DNA from: Mobula birostris
Taxonomy: Eukaryota
Assembly: GCF_030028105.1 (NCBI RefSeq)
Contig: NC_092389.1
Location: forward strand, 19,641,180 to 19,705,179
Length of the DNA: 64,000 bases
Direction: 5' to 3'
Part shown: one piece after another, positions 38,001 through 50,000 of the stretch
How positions within the stretch are numbered: position 1 is the first letter of the stretch
How the letters are laid out: each line of letters opens with the position of its first letter
Translations under genes and position numbers: made by a program
The notes under the pieces: generated by a model
The model's database searches: none
What the model saw: only the letters and a program-made list of their open reading frames with translations
Told to the model about the DNA's origin: nothing

Positions 38001-41000
38001 TCTGTTCCTGCTCCCTCCCACATCTGGTTCCAGCTGCCCATCATCCTGTCCCCATCTAGTTCCACCATTATCTGTCTCTATCCCACCCAACTCTGTACTG
38101 ATATAAACTGTTCCCCTTCAGTCTTGATGTAGGATCTCAACCTGACATAGTGAATGATACCTTTTGTCTCCAGAGATGTTGCTTAATCGCTGACTTTTTC
38201 AGCATTCTGTTTTCATTTTCCAAGTTAGCATTGTTGAAAGTGAACTTATATCAAACTATCAACTGAAGTCTGACTGAAAATGACAAGCTTTACTTCTTTC
38301 CCATCAGGGGTTCCAGTGGTCTTGGAGGTGAACCAGCCGCGTCTCGTCAGTGTCAGGAGAGGGGAGTCAGTCACGTTAAACTGCAGATTTACTCATAATG
38401 CAACCGAGGATAGCTGGGTCATCATTTTCTGGTACAGGACATCACCAAGGGCTGGAGATGCTCTTTACAAAGTGAATAATTCGCATTGTGTCTTTGATGC
38501 CTGTCTGCATGGATTGAAACACTGTAATGCATCACTGAAGGTTGAACATGTCTCCTTTGGTTACTCTGGTAATCGCTACTCCTGTATCCTGAGGATACCC
38601 AGTGTCTACCCACCATTAGAGGCAAGAGGCCAAGGAACACTGCTGCAGGTTTATGGTAAACTTTTTTTTTGTCATTCTACAAGTATAGTTTCTGCAATAT
38701 GAATCAGTATCAGAATCCGGTTTATTATCACTGACATATGTAGAGAAATTTGTTGTGCTGTGGCAGCAGTATAGTGCAAGACACAAAAATAATAAATATA
38801 AATAGGCATCTGTTAGTCTCATGAGACCATAGATTTGCACCTTGGAAGGTTTCCAGGGCACAGGCCTGGGCAAGGTTGTATGGAAGACCAACAGTTGTCC
38901 ATGCTGCAAGTCTCCCCTCTCCACGACACCGATGTTGTCCAAGGGAAGGGCACGAGGGCCGACACAGCTTGGCATCGGTGTCATTGCAGAGCAATGTGTG
39001 GTTAAGTGCCTTGCTCAAGGACACAACATGCTGCCTCAGCTGAGGCTCGAACTAGCGACCTTCAGATCACTAGACCAAAGCCTTAACCACTTGGCCATAC
39101 GCCAACACATAATATAATATAAGTTAAAGTAAAACTTAAAATAAATAACTAGTGCAATAGAGGAATTGTGAGGTGGGTTCATGGACTGTTCAGAAATCTG
39201 GTGGTTGAGGGAAAACAGCCGGTTTAAAATGTTGAGTGTGTGTTTTCAGGTTCCTGTATCTCTTTTCCAATGCTGATAATGAGAGGAGGGTGTGTTCTGG
39301 ATGGTAAGGGTCCTTTATGATGGATGCTGCCTTTCTGAGGCACCAGCTTTTGAAGATGCCCTCGATGGTGGGGAGGCTGGTGCCCATGATGGAGCTGGCT
39401 GAGTTTACAACCCTCTTTTCATCCTGTGCATTGGAGCATCCATACCAGATACAACTAATCAGAACACTCTTCATAGTACATCTGTAGAAATGTATGCATA
39501 TTAATCACAGTTAATATGACATAAGATAGGTTTGGCAGGATTAAAGAAAATCCAATAAGATTTTATGTACCTTAAGAGAAACAAAGAATAGAGACAGAAT
39601 AGGGCCCCTCAAAGATCAAAATGTGCAGTTTGTGTGAAGACCTAGGAGAAAGGCAGGAATGAAAATTTCTTCTCTATTTTTGCCATGGAAAGTATCATGA
39701 CTATATGGGAAAGAAGGGATGTGAATGGGGGTGTCTTGAGGATAGTCCATATTACTGCAGAGAAGATGCTGGAAGTCTTAAAAATTATATCCTAAAACAC
39801 TGTGGGATGCTAGAGAAGAAATTGTGAGGGTCTTTGCTGAAATATTTGCACAGTTTTTAGCCATGGGTGAGGTGCTGGAAGACTAGGGAGAAGCAAATAT
39901 TGTGCCTTTATTTAAGAATGACTGCAAAGAAAAACCAGGGAACTATAGACCAGTAATTCTGACATTGTTGGTAAGTTATTGGAGAGAATACTGAGGGATA
40001 AGATATGCATGCATATGGAAAGACATGGGTTGATTAGGGATAGTCAGCATGGCTCTGCGTATGGGAGATTATTTCTTATGAGTCTGAATCAGGTTTAATA
40101 TCACTGGCACATGTCATAAAACTGGTTAAGAAGGTGTTGGAGAAGATGGCGGCGTGACGCAGCTCACAGCGACCACTCCGGTGGTGACGTCTGTTATTTG
40201 TCAAGTAGGGTGCCATGCACAATCCTGATTTGATGGAGATGGACGTGAGAGCACGGAGGAACATCTGGTGAAACTTCTGAAATGCCTGCTTCGCTGCTGC
40301 TGCTACTGTGTGGTCCAGAATCACTGGAGGAGAAGACCCAAGTCCTTGGCTTTGCTTGTTGCTCGGTGGCCGGGGCGGGGCCAAAGCACTCGATAGAGGA
40401 TGGTGCTCGGAGAGGCTGTGTCGGAGGGGCTGGTCGGAGGCTCGAAGTTTTTGGACGGACTCAGAGTCCGCTGCGGTCGGGTGCTTCCAATAGTGCTGCA
40501 TCGGCAAGTTGGCGGCACTTGGAGGTTCATGGCAGGGAGAGTTTCTCCCTTCTGCCGCCTGCGTGGAATGATGAGTCTATCGGGACTTTGAGACTTTTTT
40601 TTTTACCGTGCCCATGGTCTGCTCTTTATCAAATTATGGTATTGCTTTGCACTGTTGTAACTATATGTTATAGTTATGTGGTTTTGTCAGTTTTAGTCTT
40701 GGTTTGTCCTGTGTTTTCTTGTGATATCATTCTGGAGGAACGTTGTATCATTTTTTAATGCATGCATTACTAAATGACAATAAACGAGGACTGAGTGTCC
40801 TCACAATCTAATCTATCTTAATGGCAGCAGTACAATGCAATACGTGATGATATAGAAAGAAAAATTAAATAAGTAAATCAATTACAGTATGTGCATATAT
40901 GTATATTAAATAGTTAAATTAAAGATAGTGCAAAAACAGAAGTAATTTTAAAAATTAGGTAGTGTTCATGGGTTCAATGTCCATTTAGGAATCAGATGGC

Positions 41001-44000
41001 AAAAGCTGTTCCTGAATTGATGAGTGTGTGCCTTCAGGCTTCTGTACCTCCTTCCCGACAGTAACAATGAAAAAAGGGCATGTCCTGGCTGATGGGAGTC
41101 CTTAATAATGATGGCATCTTTCCAAAGCACTGCTCCTGAAAATGTCTTGGATACTACAGAGGCTAGTACCCAAGATGGAGCTGACCAATTTTACAGATTT
41201 CTGTAGCTTTTTTTGATCCTGACAGTAGCCCTCCTCCCCCCACCACCTCCCATGTGATGCAGACAGTCAGAATGCTCTCCACGGTGCCTCTGTAGAAGTT
41301 TTCAAGTGTTGTAGGTGACAAACCAAATCTCCTCAAAGTCCTAATGAAGTATAACTGCTGTCTTGCCTTCTTTATAGCTGCATCAACATATACATACATA
41401 AGCATTAGATCCTTTTTTGCATTGATATGTTGGGACCATGTCAGATCCTCAGAGATCTTGACACCCAGGAACTTGAAATTGCTCAGTCTCTCCACTTCTG
41501 ATCCCTCAATAATGTTCCCTCGTCCTACCCTTTCAGAAGTCCATAATTAGTTCTTTCGTCTTATTGACATTGAGTGAAAGGTTGTTGCTGTGACACCACT
41601 CAACTAGCTGGTATATCTTGTTCCTGTACGCCCTCTCGTCTCCACCTGAGTCTCTGCCAACAATGGACGTATCATTTATAGATGGCATTTGAGCTATACT
41701 TAGCACACAGTCTTGAGTATAGAAAGAGCAGAGCAGTGGGCTAAGAACACATCCCTGAGGTGTGCCAATGTTGATCATCAGCAAGGAGTTTTCTTGACCA
41801 AGAATGTCAATGATGACAAGGCATTAGAAGTATGGACTTCAGTAAAGCCGTTGATAAGGTTCTACATGACAGACTGCTCTGGGATATTAGATCACATGGA
41901 ATCCAGGAAGAGCTGGCTAATTGGACACACAATCACACAATTGATTGTGGTGGTAGGAAGCCGAGGGTAATGATGGAAGGTTGTTTCTCACACTGGAGGC
42001 CCGTAACTAATCGGGGTCAGGGGTCAGTGGTCAGTGCTGGGCCTATTGTAGTTTGTCATCTATATTAATAATTTGGAAAAAAGCATGGTTAGTAAATTTT
42101 CAGATGGCATGAAAATAAGTGGAATCACTGACAGGGAAAAATGTTAATAGTAATTGCATGGGGCTCTTGATCAGCAAGATAAGTGGGCCAAGAAACAGCA
42201 AATAGAGTTTAATTCAGATAAATGTAAGATGTTGCATTTTGGAAAGTCAATTCATGGTAGGCCTCTCATAGTAAACGGTAGAACATCTGTGAGTGTTGTA
42301 GAACAGAGGGACCTTGATGTTCAAGTACATGGTGTCCTGAAAGCAGAGTCACAGGTATGGACGCTGGGAAGTTATGGTAAAGTTTACAAGACGCTAGTGG
42401 AGTATCGTGTTCAGTTTTGCTCATTCTGCTATAGGAAAGATGTTATTAAACTAGAAAGAGTGTAGAAAAGATTTACAATGATGTTGCCAGGACATGAGGG
42501 ACTGAGTCATAGGGAGAGATTGACAGGCTAGAACTTTTTCCCCTGGAAAAAAGGGGCTAGAGATGACCTTGTAGATGTGCATGTAATCTTGAGATAGGAA
42601 CTGATATTAATAATGCATTCAACACACATCAAAGTTGCTGGTGAACGCAGCAGGCCAGGCAGCATCTGTAGGAAGAGGTGCAGTCGACGTTTCAGGCCGA
42701 GACCCTTCGTCAGGACTAACTGAAGGAAGAGTGAGTAAGGGATTTGAAAGTTGGAGGGGGAGGGGGAGATCCAAAATGATAGGAGAAGACAGGAGGGAGA
42801 AGGATGGAGCCAAGAGCTGGACAGGTGATAGGCAAAAGGGATATGAGAGGATCATGGGACAGGAGGTCCGGGAAGAAAGACAAGGGAGGGGGGACCCAGA
42901 GGATGGGCAAGAGGTATATTCAGAGGGACAGAGGGAGAAAAAGGAGAGTGAGAGAAAGAATGTGTGCATAAAAATAAGTAACAGATGGGGTACAAGGGGG
43001 AGGTGGGGCCTAGCGGAAGTTAGAGAAGTCGATGTTCATGCCATCAAGTTGGAGGCTACCCAGACGGAATATAAGGTGTTGTTCCTCCAACCTGAGTGTG
43101 GCTTCATCTTTACAGTAGAGGAGGCCGTGGATAGACATGTCAGAATGGGAATGGGATGTGGAATTAAAATGTGTGGCCACTGGAAGATCCTGCTTTCTCT
43201 TTCTTTTGGTGAAAATAAAGCGGTGAGGGCCAGGGAACTTAAAATCATCCAAAAGTTTAAGCGCTTTGCTGAACATCTACGCTCTGTCCGCCAGAGAAAG
43301 CAGGATCTCCCAGTGGCCACACATTTTAATTCCACATCCCATTCCCATTCTGACATGTCTATCCACGGCCTCCTCTACTGTAAAGATGAAGCCACACTCA
43401 GGTTGGAGGAACAACACCTTATGTTCCGTCTGGGTAGCCTCCAACCTGATGGCATGAACATCGACTTCTCTAACTTCCGCTAGGCCCCACCTCCCCCTTG
43501 TACCCCATCTGTTACTTATTTTTATGCACACGTTCTTTCTCTCACTCTCCTTTTTCTCCCTCTGTCCCTCTGAATATACCTCTTGCCCATTCTCTGGGTC
43601 CCCCCCGCCCCCCGTCTTTCTTCCCGGACCTCCTGTCCCATGATCCTCTCATATCCCATTTTGCCAATCACCTGTACAGCTCTTGGCTCCATCCCTCCCC
43701 CTCCTGTCTTCTCCTATCAGTTTGGATCTCCCCCTCCCCCTCCAACTTTCAAATCCCTTACTCACTCTTCCTTCAGTTAGTCCTGACGAAGGGTCTTGGC
43801 CTGAAACGTCGACTGCACCTCTTCCTACAGTTGCTGCCTGGCCTGCTGCGTTCACCAGCAACTTTGATGTGTGTTGCTTGAATTTTCAGCATCTGCGGAA
43901 TTCCTGTTGTTTGCGTTAATAATGCATTCACTCTTTTTCCCAAGGTTGGGAAATCAAGACCAGAGAATATGGGTTTAAGGTGAGAGGATAAAGATTCAAT

Positions 44001-47000
44001 AGCCTGCTAAATTACTCTATGTCTCTATTTATGTACCAAATCCCATTCGGAAACACAAACACGCACTGATAACAAAAATATTCAATGGGAAATCTGGCTA
44101 ATTAAGTAAATTATGTTTCAATTCGGTACAATAAGAGGTATAACAATATTGGTGTTTATAGAACGTTTGCCAAATGGTGTCTTTGATATGTTGTTACATA
44201 GATTCAAGATTCAAAATACATTTATTATCAAAGTATGGATACAGAACTCCTTTTCATTGACTACAGCTCTGCCTTTAATACCATCATTCCAAATAAACTG
44301 ATTCCTAAGCTCCAGAACCTGGGCCTTAGCACTCAGATCTGCAGCTGAATATTCAACTTCCTCACAGACAGGACCCAGGCTGTAAAAATAGGGGACAAGC
44401 TCTCCTCTACAATCACTCTGAGCACCGGTGCCCCACAAGGCTGTGTATTCAGCCCCCTGCTGTACTCACTGTACACCCATGATTATGTAGCCAAGTTTCC
44501 ATTGAACTCAATATATAAGTTTGCTGATGACACAACAATTGTAGGCCGTATCTCGGGTAATGATGAGTTTGAGTACAGAGAGGAAATTAAGAACCTGGTG
44601 GCATGGTGCGAAGACAATAACCTATTCCTCAACGTCAGTAAGACGAAGGAATTGGTTGTTGACTTCAGAAGGAGTAGCGGACCGCACGACCCAATTTACC
44701 TCGGTGGTGCGCAGGTGGAACATGTCAAAAGCTTTAGGTTCCTCAGGGTCAATATCACAAATGACCTGACTTGGTCCAACCAAGCAGAGTTCACTGCCAA
44801 GAAGGCCCACCAGCGCCTTTACTTCTTGAGAAAGCTAAAGAAATTTGGCCTGTCCCCTAAAACTCTCACTAATTTTTATAGATGCACCGTAGAAAGCATT
44901 CTTCTAGGGTGCATCACAACCTGGTATGGAAGTTGTCCTGTCCAAGACTGAAAGAAGCTGCAGGAGATCGTGAACACGGCGCAGCACATCACACATTACC
45001 AAATTTCCCTCAGAATTAATAAAGTATATCTATCTATCTATCTATCTATCTATCTACCTATCTATCAAACCAATCAAACCAATCTTCCGTCCTTGGACTC
45101 ACTCCACACCGCACGCCGTCAGAGCAGTGCTGCCAGGATAATCAAAGACACGACCCACCCAGCCAACACACTTTTTGTCCCTCTTCCCTCCGGGAGAAGG
45201 CTCAGGAGCTTGAAGACTCGTACCGCCAGACTTGGGAACAGCTTCTTTCCAACTGTGATAAGCCTGCTGAACGGATCCTGACCCGGATCTGGGCCGTACC
45301 CTCCAAATATCCGGACCTGCATCTTGTTTTTTTGCACTACCTTACTTTCCATTTTTCTATTTTCTATTCATGATTTATAATTTAATTTTTTAATATTTAT
45401 TATTGATTTGTAATCCAGGAAGTGGGAAGCACAGAATCAAATATCGCTGTGATGATTGTACGTTCTAGTATCAATTGTTTGGTGACAATAAAGAATAAAG
45501 TATAAAGAACACAACTCTGAGATTCGTCCTCCCACAGGCAGCCACAAAACAAAGAAACAGAATGGAATACATTCAAGAAAACATCAAGCACCCAATGTGC
45601 AAAAAAGTTGCGCAAATGGCGAAAAGCGAGTGAACTCCACATAGAATATCAAAACAGTTCAGTTCAGCACTGCCCCGCTAGCTAATGCAGGCCACAGGGT
45701 CATTCTTCACCGAAGTGCCTCATTCTGCATTGATCACCCCGATCAAACTGCTCAAAGACGACACAAAAAAAGAGCAACCTGAACCCAGGAACACGTGCAA
45801 CATGAACCCCAAAATCCCCCAAGATGGGTCTACAGCCTCGTCGCTAAATCTGGGCAACATAGACCCCAGGACTTCTGCAGTTCCTCTGACAGCAGCCTGG
45901 TCAAGTGCAGGCACATGGTGCTGAACTCTTGCCCATCCTCTGCTCCTGTCCTCATTGCCTTTAACATTGCTTGACGCCTCAATCAGACAAAAGCAATGGA
46001 GTTAATCATGGGGCTTACATCCCAACTCCAGGCTACCAGGGTCACAAAAAAAACAAAAAAGATAGAAACACTCAGCAGGTCAGAGTTAATGTTTCTCTCT
46101 CCACAGATTCTCCTGATCTGCTGAGTGTTTCCAACATTTTCTGTTTCAATTCAGAATCCCAGCATCTGAATGTTTATTAGTTTTCATTTAATGTAAAGAA
46201 TCACAAATCAGGTATGAAAACCATAACTGAAATTAATTTGGTGTTGCACTCATTGTTATTAACTGTTCCATTTCTGCCAAGTACAATTCTTCCACTGTCA
46301 GCAGAGTTGAGGTGAGTGGGCACGAGGCAGAGTCGAGGCAAGTGGAGGGGAGGCGGAGCTGAGGAAGAGTCGAGGCAAGTAGAGGCAAGGCAGAGTTGAG
46401 GTGGAGCCCGGGCCTGTCCTCAAGAGCATGGAAAGACACAACAGGTCCAGCTTCACCGCCATTGAGTGACTCGCTGATGGGGTAAACCTGCCGTGCTTGA
46501 TATTCTTAATATCCAGCAGTGCCTTGCAGTCATAAAACAGACATAAAGAACAAACAGTTACACCTTTGTTTTGGACTCGGAGAGGCCGCTGTGGCCGAGT
46601 ATGCTGCCATCTTACCAGCTTCAGTTCAAAACCCAGGAGTGTGAGCTTCTTCAACTATCATTTCCTAATGCTTTTACTGCCCAGGATACAGGATGCACCC
46701 TGGGATTCTTACACGGTGCACAATATGCATTCCACTCATTTAAGGTGCCCTAATGCCTCAAAAGACTATGTTAATTCAACTAATAAAAAGATGATACTTA
46801 AAATCCTACTGGATTTCTCACAGTTTTGGTAATCTGCAAGCAACATTTTTTATTTTCCAGCCATTAGTTTAAATCAACTGCTTGCTTTCACTCACTGTTT
46901 GCGTTGGTCCTTTTAAACTCTTCTTAAGCATTCTGCTGGCATCGCAAAACAGGGATATAAATCAAAAGGAAGCACTGAATATAAATAGATAATCCAGATA

Positions 47001-50000
47001 CTTGCACATCCATCACAAGAACAGAATTCCATGACACAATTGAAGGTGACGCATATTAACTGAATCTGGATTTAAGGAAATCAAATCCACTGGCAATACT
47101 GAAAATAATATTGGGTCATGCAAAATTTGACAAATTCTTCCAAATTAGCAACTATAATACTCATGGGAAAGTGTTCTATGTAAGTCTGCTTGCACAGGTC
47201 CTGTCATCAGCTAAGATTATATTTATGATTCACACTTATTGAAATAGAAATGTGATATAAACTAAGTTTTATTTAGCACTAAAGAACAATATATTTTTAT
47301 CTTGCATTGTTTATTACAGTTCCAGAATCTCCACCAGAAATTTTAATTACTCATGAAGAATTAATAGCAGAGAAGCCGTCCGCTTTGTACTGCCATGCTT
47401 GGGGATTTTATCCTCAGAACATCTCAATGAAATGGCTGCATATCCACAATGCTCAGGCTTCAGAAGCAGATGTTAAAGTTACAACAAGACTCTCCCCTCT
47501 CAAGAGCCTCAATGGTACATTTAATGCCACCAGTCAAATGAATTTTACTCCCACCTCGCAAGACCACAAGACAATCCGTACTTGTCAGGTTCTTCATACA
47601 ACAAGCAAACAATGGATCATAAAAAATATAACACTTAACGTCAATTGTAAGTATGTTCAATTTATGGTCTTAATCATAGTATGAAATGATATAACATACA
47701 GTATTTCTAACTGAGGTAAGTTGGGTGCTAAATATATTATTTCACTTTTTAAATTAGTAGGTAATGTCAATTTAGCAAACTGTCCTTTCACCTTGAATTC
47801 TCAAAAAAAATCAATAACCCTCAATGACTAACTGCTCCTACCTACACAATGTCCATATCCCTCCATCTTCTTCACATTCATGTGCATATCTAACCGTCTC
47901 TTAAAAGCATCTAATGTATTTGTCTCTACCATCATGCCAGGCAGTGCATTCCAGGCATCCATTACTCTCCTCACATTCCCTTTGAACCTCATTTCTCTCA
48001 CCTTCAATGCATGCCCCCTGGTATTGGAAGTTTTAACCCTGGGAAAAAGATACTCCCTATGCACTCTATCTATGCTTCTCATAATCTTATAAAGCTCTAT
48101 CAGATCTCTCCTCAGCCTTCACCACTCTAAAGAAAATACCCCAAGTTTGTCCAGCCTCTTATAATAGCACATGTCCTCTAAACCAGGCAGCATCCTGGTA
48201 AACTTCTTCTGCACCCTCTCCAAAACCTCAACATCCTCCTATAATGGGGCAAACTGAACAGTATGCAATTCTCCAGATGTGTCCTAACCCGAGTTCTATA
48301 ATGTTGCAATATAACCCTTGATTTTTGAACTCATTGCTTCGACTCATAAAAGCAAGTATTCCATCAGCCTTCTTAATCACCCTATCTATCAAACTGGGTA
48401 GCCACTTTCATGGAGATATGAACTTGGATCCCAAAATCTCTCTGCTCCGCAACACGGTTAAGGATCTTGCCCATAACAGTGTGCTGTCTTCTTGTATTTG
48501 CCCTACCAAGGTGCAATGCTTGCATTACATTGTTATTCTTTTTTTCTCAATAAAAGTTTCTTTGCCTAGATGAGTAAGGAACTTTCACAAAACAGTTTTG
48601 TGTCATAAAAAGTAAAAGTAGGAAACACAATGTAGGAACAGGCATGATGATATTTAAGATAGACTTAACCATAGACCATAGGACCATAAGATAAAGGAGC
48701 AGAATTAGGCCATTTGGCCCATCAAGTTTGCTCCACCATTTCATCATGGTTGATCCATTTTTCAAGAATCTATCAACCCCTGCCTTAAATATACATGAAG
48801 ACTTAGCTTCCACAGTTGCCTGTGGCAAAGAATTCCACAGGTTCACCACCCTCTGGCTAAAGAAATTCTTCCTCATCTCCATTCTGAAAGGACACCCCTC
48901 TATTCTTCTGAGGCTGTATCCTCTGGTCTTAGACTCTCCCACGATAGGAAACATCCTCTCCACATCCACTCTATCAAGGCCTTTCACCATTCAATAGGCT
49001 TCAATGAGGTCCCCCCTCATTCTTCTGAAATCCAGTCAATACAGGCCCAAAGCCATCAAACACTCTTCATGTGACAAGCTATTCAATCCTGGAATCATTC
49101 TTGTGAACCTCCTTTGAACCTTTGCCAAGTTTCAGTACATCCTTTCTAAGAAAAGAGGCCCAAAACTGCTCACAATACTCCAAGTGAGGCCTCAACCGTG
49201 CTTTATAAAGCCTACAGCATTAAAGATATTTTTCTTTAAGAAGTATAAAGCCCAGATTGCTTCAGGGCTACTTGAAAATAAAGAGAGGGGGAATGAGATG
49301 GACCAAATCAATCCAATGGTCCCCTTCTACATTATAAGATATGATCTGGTCATGGAGTTAAATGCCACAGTTTTAAAATAAGTAGTTAAGCTTGTTAAGA
49401 CAGGGAGTGTTTTGACAATGAAATAAAATAGAAGAACTTTTAAAAATGGTAATTAATATGTGGATGGACTAACTTGCAGCTAATAACCAGAAACCGGGAC
49501 CACAATGTATTTCTCTTTCAAAGTGGCGGCACTGGTTCAACTGGCCAAATGAACTCAAGTTGCAAGATTTTATAATATAATTCATTATTATAAATCAAAA
49601 TATTGCTTCTGAATCTATAAAATCTACTTATAATAACAGGTTAAAAATGAGACAAAAACACAATGGGGTTATAGTGGACTATTTCTGAAGTTTAAGTGTA
49701 AATAAAATGAAAAGAATTTTGGTAGGGATATTGAGCAAGTGTATTAGATGTGTTTCTGAAAGGAAATCTTGTAAAACTACCATATAGAACCTGATTCATT
49801 GAACTATTTCCCATTTAAATATATTGGTAAATCTTTATATATACTGTATATATAAAAATTTACTAATTTGAAGTGTCTCTAGATAATTGAATATATTAAC
49901 ATGTATGACTTTGTATATAACTTATCATACAAGGTGATCAAGAGAGATATCACTACAGTAAGAGAGGAAGAAAACACAGATATTAAATCAAACTGCTGTT

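Larger units (their letters stand above)
42622..43915. mobile_element. Penelope insertion with long inverted arms (about 580 bp each) and a 15-bp TSD
   Basis: Arms 42622-43200 and 43293-43874, 92-bp spacer, TSD ttaataatgcattca at 42607-42621 and 43916-43930. Both arms encode the GIY-YIG C-terminus. Confidence 0.92.
41810..44000 (+). mobile_element. CR1-type LINE, degenerate, host of the inverted Penelope insertion
   Basis: [24 protein letters not shown]; resumes after 43930. Confidence 0.7.

Noticed and set aside
38200-38760. Possible rearranging antigen-receptor (TCR/Ig/NAR) V segment
   Set aside because: The J-like strand is already in the exon, a normal splice donor follows, and I saw no RSS or separate D/J segments in the window.
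42635-43483. 282-aa ORF as a novel gene
   Set aside because: It runs through the antisense arm, spacer and sense arm of the inverted Penelope; it is a by-product of the hairpin.
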